The position numbers and the translations under genes were made by a program. This document shows positions 18,040-27,252 of a DNA stretch of 64,000 nt, piece by piece (within the stretch, counting starts at the first letter, position 1; the number at the start of each line of letters is the position of its first letter). The stretch is from Patescibacteria group bacterium (lineage in GTDB: Bacteria > Patescibacteriota > Minisyncoccia > Phycocordibacterales > UBA2100). The notes beneath the pieces were generated by a model. The model ran no database searches. It saw nothing but the letters and a program-made list of their open reading frames with translations, and was not told the origin of the DNA. The stretch is taken from positions 1,603-65,602 of the forward strand of contig JBBTSX010000009.1 of NCBI GenBank assembly GCA_038064535.1, read 5' to 3'.

Positions 18040-18455
18040 ATTCTTTCGTTCCCATTCTTGTACGGAATGGACGCACGCACCGAAAACTCCCGGTTCGTGC
18101 CGGGGTCATAAATTACCTGCGAGGTGAAGACCTCTCAGAAGTGACTTGGCGCGAGCCGGATGTAGCCCCAGACAGAGGGGAATGTGTGCGGGACCCGGCT
18201 CTACGGTTACGCGATAGCGAGGGAATTGCGAGGGACTTTCTGAAGTCTCAGCTCACCCTACTTCACCGAACACCTACATGTTTCAATGGCGACTTACATT
18301 GTTGCATACAACAATGTCGTGTATCACGTGAATGGCGGTGGATAAGGAATCACAGAACGGGCTCAAGATAAGTAAAGTAGTCATGTCCATGAGATAAGCC
18401 AATATTAGTCATCGTTTGAGTTACGAAAGTGTATCTCACGGGGTATAGTGGCTCT

Positions 18456-19781
18456 ATGAAATGGTATGAAGAGCCGTTCAAGGGAAAGAAAATCACCGTG
18501 CTGGGTCTCGGGCTTCTCGGGCGTGGGGTCGGCGATGTCGATTTTTTGGCCAAGTGCGGGGCGGAGGTCCTCGTGACCGACAAGAAAAACGGCAGCGAGC
18601 TCGCGGCGTCGGTGGAAAAATTGAAACAATATTCGAATGTGCAGTTCAAGCTCGGTGGTCACGACCCCGAGGATTTTAAACACTGCGACATGGTGCTCAA
18701 GGCTGCGGGCGTGCGACTGGATTCGCCGGAAGTCGCCGTCGCCCGTGCCGCCGGCGCGCAGGTCGCAATGTCGACTGCGCTATTTGCAAAGTATGCGTCG
18801 GAAGCGGGAGTGAAAATTGTCGGTGTCACCGGCACGCGCGGCAAGTCGACCATCACCCACATGATTTACCATTCTCTAATTCGCACGAATAAGAGAACGG
18901 TTCTGGGAGGGAATGTGCGGGGTCTCTCGACGCTCGCACTTCTTCCGGAAGTAAAAGCGGGCGATATCGCGGTGCTTGAACTGGATTCGTGGCAGCTACA
19001 GGGATTCGGCGAGTTGAAAATGAGTCCGCACATCGCGATTTTTTCCAATCTCATGCCCGACCATCAGAATTACTACAAAAATTTGGACGAGTATTTTGCC
19101 GACAAGGCCAACATTTTCCGCTACCAAAAGCCGAGCGACGTGCTTGTTGTGGGGCAGGGTATTGAGGCGCGGGTTCGCCATGCGAACCCACCCGTTGAGC
19201 CGCTCGTACCGGGTGCGCTACCGGCGGATTGGACGCTACAGGTCCCCGGCGAGCACAACAGACACAATGCGGCGCTCGCCGCCGCCGCGCTTCTTTCGCT
19301 CGGCCTCAATTCAGAACAAATTCGCACCGGCCTTGAATCTTTTGAAGGTGTCGAAGGCCGCCTGCAGCTCGTCAGCGAGAAAAACGGCGTGAAGATTTAC
19401 AACGACAACAACGCGACCACGCCGGAGGCGACTGTCGCAGCACTCAAGGCACTGTCCGGCAATTATCGACTTCGTAAGTCGATAATTTTGATTGGGGGTG
19501 GTTCCGACAAAGGACTTGAGTTGGGTAATCTGGCGGCGGAGATATGCGACTCTTGTAAAGCAGTTGTGCTGTTGTCCGGAACAGGTAGCGAGAAATTGGC
19601 ACCCCTGCTTGATTCACGATTCACGATTCACGATTCTCTTTCATCTGCAGTGCAAAGCGCGCTCAAGCTTGCTGACGCCGGCGATATTGTTCTCTTCAGT
19701 CCCGCATTTGCATCGTTCGGCATGTTCAAAAATGAGTACGAGCGCAACGACCAATTCCTCGCACTCATCGCAAAGCTATGA
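18456..19781 (+). CDS. murD: UDP-N-acetylmuramoylalanine--D-glutamate ligase
   Basis: Colinear with E. coli MurD: KKITVLGLGLLG, IVGVTGTRGKSTIT, C-terminal GDIVLFSPAFASFGMFKNEYERNDQFLALIAKL. The track starts at GTG 18429. ATG 18456 is preceded by TATAGT at 18444-18449. Confidence 0.9.
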   Translation: MKWYEEPFKGKKITVLGLGLLGRGVGDVDFLAKCGAEVLVTDKKNGSELAASVEKLKQYSNVQFKLGGHDPEDFKHCDMVLKAAGVRLDSPEVAVARAAGAQVAMSTALFAKYASEAGVKIVGVTGTRGKSTITHMIYHSLIRTNKRTVLGGNVRGLSTLALLPEVKAGDIAVLELDSWQLQGFGELKMSPHIAIFSNLMPDHQNYYKNLDEYFADKANIFRYQKPSDVLVVGQGIEARVRHANPPVEPLVPGALPADWTLQVPGEHNRHNAALAAAALLSLGLNSEQIRTGLESFEGVEGRLQLVSEKNGVKIYNDNNATTPEATVAALKALSGNYRLRKSIILIGGGSDKGLELGNLAAEICDSCKAVVLLSGTGSEKLAPLLDSRFTIHDSLSSAVQSALKLADAGDIVLFSPAFASFGMFKNEYERNDQFLALIAKL

Positions 19782-19822
19782 ACCCCGTTAGATAACACAT
19801 ATAGTCTTTCAACACTGCCATT

Positions 19823-21199
19823 ATGTTTAGCAAACAAACAAAGTTACAACAAACATCCGGTTCGTTATCTAACGGGGTGAAGTTACCCGCGCATGTGTAC
19901 ATGGTAGGGGTTGGAGGTATCGGGATGTCCGCGCTTGCCCAGCTACTCAAACATCGTGGACACACAGTAGAAGGTTCTGACCGCGACGAATCCCCGACGA
20001 CGGAACTGCTCGCACACAAGGGCATATCGGTGACCATCGGGCACCTGCCTGCGCCTGCCGGCGCGAATGCAGGCGGGCAGGCTGGCGACCAGTGCAATAT
20101 TCCCGCCGACACGGAATTACTCATTTACAGCGATGCGGTGCCCTCGACCAATCGCGAACGCACGCGGGCGAAAGAGATGGGCATTCCGGAGATGTCGTAT
20201 TTCGAGGCGCTCGGAGAAGTTTCGGCCGGAGTGCAAACTGTTGCCGTTGCCGGCACGCACGGGAAGACCACGACGACCGGCATGCTTGCGGCGATATTGA
20301 AAGCGGCGGGGCGTGCGCCGACCGCAATTGTCGGCTCCATTGTTCAGGATTTTGGCTCCAATTTTCTTGCCGGTCGGGAGGACCTGTTCGTCGTGGAGGC
20401 GTGCGAGTATCGTGACCACATACTGAAGCTCAACCCGGAAATTCTCGTCATCACAAATATCGAACTCGACCACACTGATTATTTTCCGACCCTTGAATCT
20501 CTCATTGAGACGTTCCGCGCTGCGGTACGCAAGGTTCCACGCGAAGGTTTCATTATTACCGACCCGAATGGGGCCAACATTGCTGCGGCGCTTGATGGTG
20601 CGCAGGCCCGCATCATCGATTACACGCAGACCGACGTGCCGCCGCTTTCTCTCATCGGCGAGTTCAATCGTATGAACGCCCGAGCCGCTTCAGCTGCTGC
20701 TAGGGCCGTGTTCCCCGGTATTCCCGAAAGCGCGATACACGACACGCTCACCAATTTCCACGGCTCGTGGCGACGTTTCGAATACAAAGGCGAGACGCCA
20801 AGCGGCGCTTTGGTCTATGACGACTATGCGCATCATCCGACCGCGATGCGCAAGACGATAGAAGCGGCGCGCGAGAAATTCCCCGGCAAGAAAATCGTCG
20901 TCGCGTTCCATCCGCATCTCTACAGCCGTACGAAGTCGCTTCTCAATGAATTTGCCGCAGCACTCGCCAAGGCCGACAAGGCGATAGTCGTTCCCATATA
21001 TGCGGCACGCGAAGCCCCCGACCCCAGCGTCTCCAATCATATTCTCGCCGCGCTCGCGCGCTATCAGGGCGGCGATGTCTCGGCACTCGACGATTTCAGC
21101 GTCATCCGCGATGCGCTTCTCGAAGAAGATAAAAACTCGCTCATCATCACCATGGGTGCGGGAGATATCTACAAGGTCGCCGAACAAATCGCCGATTGA
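19823..21199 (+). CDS. murC: UDP-N-acetylmuramate--L-alanine ligase
   Basis: VHMVGVGGIGMSALA, VAVAGTHGKTTTTGM, ITNIELDHTDYF and DDYAHHPT are colinear with MurC. Confidence 0.9.
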   Translation: MFSKQTKLQQTSGSLSNGVKLPAHVYMVGVGGIGMSALAQLLKHRGHTVEGSDRDESPTTELLAHKGISVTIGHLPAPAGANAGGQAGDQCNIPADTELLIYSDAVPSTNRERTRAKEMGIPEMSYFEALGEVSAGVQTVAVAGTHGKTTTTGMLAAILKAAGRAPTAIVGSIVQDFGSNFLAGREDLFVVEACEYRDHILKLNPEILVITNIELDHTDYFPTLESLIETFRAAVRKVPREGFIITDPNGANIAAALDGAQARIIDYTQTDVPPLSLIGEFNRMNARAASAAARAVFPGIPESAIHDTLTNFHGSWRRFEYKGETPSGALVYDDYAHHPTAMRKTIEAAREKFPGKKIVVAFHPHLYSRTKSLLNEFAAALAKADKAIVVPIYAAREAPDPSVSNHILAALARYQGGDVSALDDFSVIRDALLEEDKNSLIITMGAGDIYKVAEQIAD

Positions 21200-21234
21200 T
21201 TTTTCATTGAGGTCAAATTGAAATCAAAAAGAGA

Positions 21235-21272
21235 GTACACTATAACAGGCCGACCGGCCTGTTATAGTGTAC
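21235..21272. repeat. 38-nt palindromic element, copy 1 (GTACACTATAACAGGCCG-AC-CGGCCTGTTATAGTGTAC)
   Basis: Near-perfect 16-bp arms. Each arm contains a TGTTATAGT-like extended -10 box facing outward. Related copies lie at 46950-46987 and 47551-47588. Confidence 0.7.
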
Positions 21273-21289
21273 TTATAAGGAGACGGTCT

Positions 21290-21349
21290 ATGGGAGGCGT
21301 TCATAACTCTTTACAGATGCGGCGCCTCGCTTTTTTTATACTCCAGTGA
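21290..21349 (+). CDS. Possible 19-codon upstream ORF/leader peptide (MGGVHNSLQMRRLAFFILQ) with canonical Shine-Dalgarno
   Basis: AAGGAG at 21277-21282 lies 7 nt before ATG 21290. The stop is 15 nt before the rsmI start. It is followed by GCGGCGCC and a T7 run. Confidence 0.25.
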   Translation: MGGVHNSLQMRRLAFFILQ

Positions 21350-21364
21350 TAGCGTCTTCACTAT

Positions 21365-22075
21365 ATGAGCGAAGTTTCGGACTATCCCCACGGCAGACTC
21401 TCTATTGTGGCTACGCCTATCGGCAATCTCGGCGATATGACGTTCCGGGGGCTCTGGACGCTCAAGGAGTGCACGGCTATTTATGCAGAGGATACGCGCG
21501 TGATTTCAAAACTCCTCACACACTACGGACTTCGTACGCCGGTTTTCCGCCTCGATGCGGCGACTGAGACGAAGAAAGCGGGGGAAGTAGTCGAGCGGCT
21601 TGAGCGCGGTGAGCACATTTCATACGTCTCGGACGCGGGTACACCGGGGATTTCCGACCCCGGTGCACGGCTTGTTGCCTATGTCCGTAAGCACCTACCG
21701 GAAGCGACAATAGAGGCGCTACCGGGCCCCTCATCGGTCGCGGCGGCTCTTTCGATTGCAGGAATTTCCGGCGATGCATTTACATTCCTCGGATTCTTGC
21801 CGCACAAAAAGGGCCGGCAGACCGCGCTCAAGAAAATCGCGGCGAGCGAATTTCCTGTCGTGCTTTTCGAATCCCCACACCGCATCATTAAGCTGATGGG
21901 GGAGTTAGAAGTTGCCGCACCGAAATGCAAAGTCACTATTGGGCGGGAACTGACGAAAATGCATGAAGAAGTGGTTGTGGGCTCGCCAAAAGAAGTTGCA
22001 GAAAGTCTTGAAAAAAGAAAAGCCGTCCGCGGCGAATTCGTCGTCATAATTCAGCCACTAGCCACTAGCCACTAG
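21365..22075 (+). CDS. rsmI: 16S rRNA (cytidine1402-2'-O)-methyltransferase
   Basis: IVATPIGNLGDMT, AEDTR, VSDAGTPGISDPG, LPGPSS, GFLP and RELTK are colinear with E. coli RsmI (tetrapyrrole-methylase fold). Confidence 0.88.
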   Translation: MSEVSDYPHGRLSIVATPIGNLGDMTFRGLWTLKECTAIYAEDTRVISKLLTHYGLRTPVFRLDAATETKKAGEVVERLERGEHISYVSDAGTPGISDPGARLVAYVRKHLPEATIEALPGPSSVAAALSIAGISGDAFTFLGFLPHKKGRQTALKKIAASEFPVVLFESPHRIIKLMGELEVAAPKCKVTIGRELTKMHEEVVVGSPKEVAESLEKRKAVRGEFVVIIQPLATSH

Positions 22076-22140
22076 ACACTTTGGGAATGCTATTGATTTA
22101 TTTCCTATTGGCTATACCCTAATGGCTAAGGACTATTTCT

Positions 22141-22383
22141 ATGACACTCGACGCACTCATTATGCTCTCCGGCGGATTCGTGGCCGTACTGCCGTTCCTC
22201 GGGTTCCCCAACAGTTGGGACAGCGTCTTTTTCTTCCTCGCGGGGGTACTCATCATCGGACTCGGTATCGTGGTGCGCCGCCGCGGTCTCGGCCTTGATG
22301 AAGACAAACGAAGAGAACTGCACGATAGAGAGCAAGACTTCCGCACGCCGCAGACTCCTGATACGACCGAGGGAGGGCTCTAA
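22141..22383 (+). CDS. Small (80 aa) membrane protein with two predicted TM helices
   Basis: LIMLSGGFVAVLPFLGF and VFFFLAGVLIIGLGIVV. AAGGA lies 9 nt upstream of the ATG. Confidence 0.45.
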   Translation: MTLDALIMLSGGFVAVLPFLGFPNSWDSVFFFLAGVLIIGLGIVVRRRGLGLDEDKRRELHDREQDFRTPQTPDTTEGGL

Positions 22384-22424
22384 CGGGAGCTACCACGCTC
22401 TCCGTGAAGCGGTATACTGCTCGT

Positions 22425-24287
22425 ATGCACGCCGATCATAAGGACGATGATCGTCGCATTACCTATTTTGCGGCGACACACACGCGCGGCAAGCGTGAGA
22501 TGTTTGGCATTCGCGCGATAGACCGAGGCAAGCACGTATATGTCATCGGCAAGACCGGCATGGGCAAATCGACCATGCTGGAAAATATGGCCATTCAGGA
22601 CATCCAGAACGGGGAAGGCATCTCGTTCATAGACCCGCACGGCTCGACCGCCGAAAAGCTGCTCGACTTCATCCCGCAGGACCGCATCAAAGACGTCGTC
22701 TACTTTGCACCGTTTGATACGGACCACCCCATCGGTTTCAATGTGATGGAGGACGTGGGCTTCGATAAACGCCACCTCGTCGTCTCCGGTCTCATGGGCG
22801 CACTGCGCCGCATTTGGGTGGACGCGTGGAGCGCGAGAATGGAATATATTTTGCAGAACACTTTGCTCGCACTCCTCGAGTATCCCGGTTCGACACTGCT
22901 CGACGTGAACCGCATGCTCACCAACAAGACATTCAGGAACACCGTCATCGAAAAAATAAGCGACCCCATCGTGAAGTCGTTCTGGACCGAAGAGTTCGCC
23001 GGATTCACCGACACATACACGCGCGAGGCGACGCCGGCCATTCAGAACAAAATCGGCCAATTCACCGCCAATCCGCTCATTCGCAACATCGTGGGGCAGG
23101 CGACCTCGTCGTTCGACCTACGCAAAATAATGGACGAGAAGAAAATATTCATCGTCAATCTCTCCAAGGGCCGCATGGGCGAAACGAATGCGTCGCTCCT
23201 CGGCTCGATGCTTACGGTCAAAATTTACCTCGCTGCGATGTCGCGCGCCGACGAGCCGGCCGCGCGCATGGCGAAATTGCCGCGCCACTATTTCTACGTC
23301 GACGAGTTCCAGTCGATGATGAACGAAGCGTTCGCCGATATTCTCTCCGAGTCACGCAAGTATAAACTCGCGCTCACGCTCGCCAACCAGTACATCGAGC
23401 AGATGGAAGAGGAGGTCCGCGACGCCGTGTTCGGCAACATCGGAACGCTCATCGTGTTTCGCGTCGGCCCGTTTGACGCCGAAGTGCTGGAGACCGTATT
23501 CGACCCCACGTTCACGCCTGAAGACCTTGTGGGCTTAGGCATCGGACAGATATATCTCACACTCATGATTGACGGCGTGGGTTCCCCGCCCTTTTCGGCT
23601 GAAACCATTCCGCCAATCGAAGTGCCCGCCATTTCGTATCGCAACGACGTCATTACAAATTCACGGGAGGCATTCGGCAGAGCACGTGCGGACGTGGAAG
23701 CGGCTATCGGCAAAAAACAGACAGATTTCGTCGCACCGCCGCGCGAAAAGAAAGAGCGTAGCGGCAGCACGTACGGAACGCGTCCGCGCTCGCCTGTCGC
23801 GCCCGCGCACACAGGGCAGGCGGGCGATGAAGCGCCCCGGCCCCTTCCGCCCCGCGCTCCCGATACTGCGTCTGCACTCGCCCGTCCGGAGGCGCGTCCT
23901 CCCGTCCCGCGCGTCGTGAGTGAGGCGGTACAACGCAACACACTCCGTGACGCCATAGAAAAAGCAAAAACCGAGGGCGTCGCAAAATCCTCGGGTGCGC
24001 CGGTTCGTTCACCGGCGGATATTCTCCGCGAAAAGCAGGGTAATCGTTCCGCGCCCAAGCCTCCAGCGCCGCCGCACCATAATCCGAAACACGCTCCGCA
24101 TCAGGCGCCGCGTCCGTCCGAGCAGCGCGACCCCCGCAAAAGCCACGCGCAACCCGTCTCGCCCGATGAGCGAGCGAGTCGAGGCGGGCCTCAGCACGCA
24201 GGAAGCGATTCGCACGACGGGGAAGTGTCCCCGCACGTACTGCAGCAGGTCATCAACGGCTCTAAACGGGACACAGACGACCTATAA
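22425..24287 (+). CDS. VirD4/TraD-like P-loop ATPase paralog with a ~200-aa Pro/Arg/Ala-rich disordered C-terminal tail
   Basis: VIGKTGMGKSTML and Walker B YFYVDEFQSM. About 50% identical to 13119-14399 over the ATPase core. The track starts at GTG 22404. ATG 22425 is preceded by TATACT at 22413-22418. Confidence 0.65.
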   Translation: MHADHKDDDRRITYFAATHTRGKREMFGIRAIDRGKHVYVIGKTGMGKSTMLENMAIQDIQNGEGISFIDPHGSTAEKLLDFIPQDRIKDVVYFAPFDTDHPIGFNVMEDVGFDKRHLVVSGLMGALRRIWVDAWSARMEYILQNTLLALLEYPGSTLLDVNRMLTNKTFRNTVIEKISDPIVKSFWTEEFAGFTDTYTREATPAIQNKIGQFTANPLIRNIVGQATSSFDLRKIMDEKKIFIVNLSKGRMGETNASLLGSMLTVKIYLAAMSRADEPAARMAKLPRHYFYVDEFQSMMNEAFADILSESRKYKLALTLANQYIEQMEEEVRDAVFGNIGTLIVFRVGPFDAEVLETVFDPTFTPEDLVGLGIGQIYLTLMIDGVGSPPFSAETIPPIEVPAISYRNDVITNSREAFGRARADVEAAIGKKQTDFVAPPREKKERSGSTYGTRPRSPVAPAHTGQAGDEAPRPLPPRAPDTASALARPEARPPVPRVVSEAVQRNTLRDAIEKAKTEGVAKSSGAPVRSPADILREKQGNRSAPKPPAPPHHNPKHAPHQAPRPSEQRDPRKSHAQPVSPDERASRGGPQHAGSDSHDGEVSPHVLQQVINGSKRDTDDL

Positions 24288-24363
24288 ACTCGGACTTTAC
24301 AAAATCCACATTATTTCCAACAATTCGGCTCTTTGTGCCAAGTTGTGAGGGATAATGGTCTTC

Positions 24364-25752
24364 ATGAAGACTTGGGTCGGGAGGTCAGGCCTCCTTTTCG
24401 TTTTGTTTTTCATCGTACCGCATGCGGTATCGGCGCAGGTAGCAAACGTTGTCTTTACGAGTGATGCACAAACTGTCCCAACGGATACGGTATCAAGTAC
24501 GCTGACTATTCAAACGCAAGATTCGACGGCCGGAAGCGTTTCGTTGCCGCAAACGGGCTGTCTGCAGTTGGAAACAACTTCCGCGAGCGGACAGTTTTCT
24601 TCGAGCGCGACTGGCTGGAATCCCGTGACGGTTTTGACCATGAACAAGAATACGGCCAATAAGAATTTTTACTACAAAGATGCGGCGGCGGGCACGTATA
24701 CGATAAAAGTCAGCCTTGCGCTGAAGCCGGAGACCGTAAGCGCCTCGTGTACTAACTGGCCGACATCGGGGTGGAATACAGAATGGTCCGCGACACAAAC
24801 CATCACTATTGGCGGCGGGCAAACAAACACAAGTACACAAGCGCAGGCAACATCGACTGATACGTCCGCAGGCACGTCATCGACCAACACAGCTCCGGCG
24901 CCCGCGCCCGTCTCTTCGTATGTCGCGCCGCCGGTACCACAGCTGTTTGCAGACGCGGGCGGTGACCGCACTGTCATCGTGGGCGCCGACACGCAATTCA
25001 ACGGCCGTGCATACAACCGGCAGAAGGAAAATGTCGAGCACGTCCGCTTCCTCTGGAATTTCGGTGACGGCTCCACCGCGGACGGCCCCACTGTCGTACA
25101 TCATTATGCATATCCCGGGCGCTATGCGGTGATGCTCACCATCGCTCAAAATCTTGACGCGGTTTCCGACCGCATCGTTGTGACGGCCGAGCCGGCCAAG
25201 CTCGCCTTTGACGTACCGTCCGACGGGAGTGTCGCCATAGAAAATCACGCGGGACGCGACCTCGACCTTTCGGGCTGGATAGTCCGTTCGACCGGTCAGC
25301 TATTCACCTTGCCGGAAGGTTCGGTCATTCTCAGCAATGAAACGATGCGCATCCCGCAGAAGACGCTGAAGTTCTGGAGCGGGACGCAAACGGAACTCGA
25401 TTACCCGAACGGCGTCGTCGTTCTGAGAGCAAATGAAAGTTCGGGAATGGTGGTTCCCGCTCCGGTTTCAGCTCCCTCGCCATCGCCGGTGCCATCCGTC
25501 GCTCCTGTCGCGCGTGCGCAAGCCGCTCCTAGCGGGAAGCCGGCGCAGGAAGACCTTCCTGAGGAAATTACTGCCGAAACCGCGCCGACTGCTTCACCGG
25601 AGGGGCAAACCGCGGCCGCGGCTGCTGCAGTTTCGTCAAACGGCATGTACTGGTGGTTGGGCGCACTCGCGCTCTCTGCACTTGCGGGAGGGGCTGTGTT
25701 TGTCGTCCGCCGCATCAAGGCGGGCGAGTGGGATATCGTTGAGGAAACATAA
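24364..25752 (+). CDS. Secreted surface protein with PKD domain, lamin-tail domain (LTD) and C-terminal TM anchor
   Basis: Signal MKTWVGRSGLLFVLFFIVPHAVSA. PKD motif FLWNFGDGSTADGPTVVHHYAYPGRYAVMLT. LTD-like VAIENHAGRDLDLSGWIVRS. C-terminus WWLGALALSALAGGAVFVV. Confidence 0.65.
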   Translation: MKTWVGRSGLLFVLFFIVPHAVSAQVANVVFTSDAQTVPTDTVSSTLTIQTQDSTAGSVSLPQTGCLQLETTSASGQFSSSATGWNPVTVLTMNKNTANKNFYYKDAAAGTYTIKVSLALKPETVSASCTNWPTSGWNTEWSATQTITIGGGQTNTSTQAQATSTDTSAGTSSTNTAPAPAPVSSYVAPPVPQLFADAGGDRTVIVGADTQFNGRAYNRQKENVEHVRFLWNFGDGSTADGPTVVHHYAYPGRYAVMLTIAQNLDAVSDRIVVTAEPAKLAFDVPSDGSVAIENHAGRDLDLSGWIVRSTGQLFTLPEGSVILSNETMRIPQKTLKFWSGTQTELDYPNGVVVLRANESSGMVVPAPVSAPSPSPVPSVAPVARAQAAPSGKPAQEDLPEEITAETAPTASPEGQTAAAAAAVSSNGMYWWLGALALSALAGGAVFVVRRIKAGEWDIVEET

Positions 25753-25773
25753 GAAGCGGGGTAGTCTTCCTCT

Positions 25774-27252
25774 ATGTCTGCTGAACAGAAGACGATACTC
25801 GTGACCGGCGGTGCCGGATTTATCGGTTCGAGGCTTTGCGCCCGGCTCGTACAAGAGGGTCACCGTGTTATCTCGTTGGATAATTACTTCGCGGGCTCGC
25901 GTGCAAATCACGTCGATGGCGTGGAGTATCGCGAAGGACACACCAAAGACATTGCGCTGTATGTGCCCGAGCATGTCGACCGTATCTACCATCTCGGCGA
26001 ATACGCCCGGGTGGAGCAGAGCATGCTGGAGCCTGATACGGTCCATGACCTCAATGTCATCGGTACAGAGGGGGTGCTGGCGTATTGGCGTGAGAGGAAG
26101 TGCAAACTCGTATATGCGGGGTCATCCACAAAGTTCGGCGACGGCGGGCTTGCGCGCGAAAAAACACCGTATGCATCGACCAAGGCGGCCAATACGGAGA
26201 AAGTAAAAGCACTCGGTGATGCGGAAAAGTTGCCGTATGCAATCACATACTTTTACAACGTGTACGGGCCGGGTGAACGGGCGGGTGTGTACGGAACGGT
26301 CATAGAAGCGTTCAAGCAGATGTATTTGCACGGCTCTCCGATTACCGTGACATCGCCCGGCACACAGCTGCGCAACTTCACCCACGTGGATGACATCGTT
26401 GATGCACTGGTACTCGTCGGGGAGAAGGGTGAGGGCGACGAGTACGGCATCGGCAATGAGCGGGCATATACGGTACTCGACGTCGCGAAACTTTTCCTGC
26501 CTGCGCAGGCAGGCGGCGGCGAAATCATCATGCTGCCGCCGCGCGCGGGTAATCGCATGCAATCGGGACTCGACGTGAATAAGACGCGAAACCTCGGATG
26601 GGTACCGAAGCGCAGTCTAGACGGATATATCGGAGAGTTCGTGCGCTCGCATCCGCGCGGCGTGTTGCGCGAGAAGCGCGTGCTCGTGTTCTCAACGACT
26701 TTTTACCCGGTGCAGGGTCCCGCCGAAGAGACGCTCGTCGAGCTCATGCGTCAGATGCCGGGCGTACAATTCGATATCATCACGACCGCGTTCTCACCGG
26801 AAGGGAGTGTGACGGTGTCCCCGCTTCCGAATGCGCACCTCTATCGCGTCGGCTCGGGTCGCACCGGCGACAAGTATGTACTGCCGGTCTTCGGATTTTG
26901 GGCCGCATATAAATTGCACCGGAAGCACCGGTATCTGTTCGCCTGGTCGCTTATGGCGAGCTATGCGGCGCTTGCCGGTATCTTGCTCAAATACAGTTCG
27001 TCGCTGCCGCTCCTCATCACGCTCGCAGATCAAAAATTGGACGAGGTCGCGCCGTTGGTGCGTTTTGCGCTCAGGCACATTCTTTCCAGCGCAGATCAGG
27101 TGTACGGCGCGAGCCCGGCGCAGGAAAAGCATGCGACGCGGCTGGCTTCCGGAAAATCACTTCGTCATTCAATCGGGGAGGGTGACGCCTTTGCAAACCA
27201 GCTACGCTACGCCTATGCCGAAATATTATTGAATCGCACACCGTCAGTATGA
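25774..27252 (+). CDS. Fusion protein: NAD-dependent sugar epimerase/dehydratase (SDR) plus a glycosyltransferase family 4 N-terminal-half domain
   Basis: N-terminus ILVTGGAGFIGSRL with YASTKAANTEK (YxxxK). The C-terminal ~180 aa (VLVFSTTFYPVQGPAEE...) aligns to the N-terminal domain of the downstream GT4 (ILIFSLAYFPKHVGGAEV...). Confidence 0.7.
   Translation: MSAEQKTILVTGGAGFIGSRLCARLVQEGHRVISLDNYFAGSRANHVDGVEYREGHTKDIALYVPEHVDRIYHLGEYARVEQSMLEPDTVHDLNVIGTEGVLAYWRERKCKLVYAGSSTKFGDGGLAREKTPYASTKAANTEKVKALGDAEKLPYAITYFYNVYGPGERAGVYGTVIEAFKQMYLHGSPITVTSPGTQLRNFTHVDDIVDALVLVGEKGEGDEYGIGNERAYTVLDVAKLFLPAQAGGGEIIMLPPRAGNRMQSGLDVNKTRNLGWVPKRSLDGYIGEFVRSHPRGVLREKRVLVFSTTFYPVQGPAEETLVELMRQMPGVQFDIITTAFSPEGSVTVSPLPNAHLYRVGSGRTGDKYVLPVFGFWAAYKLHRKHRYLFAWSLMASYAALAGILLKYSSSLPLLITLADQKLDEVAPLVRFALRHILSSADQVYGASPAQEKHATRLASGKSLRHSIGEGDAFANQLRYAYAEILLNRTPSV

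Noticed and set aside
19607-19636. Short tandem repeat (GATTCAC)x3-4, considered as a CRISPR-like or regulatory repeat
   Set aside because: It lies inside the murD coding sequence in frame (LDSRFTIHDS). There is no spacer/repeat architecture and no cas genes in the window.
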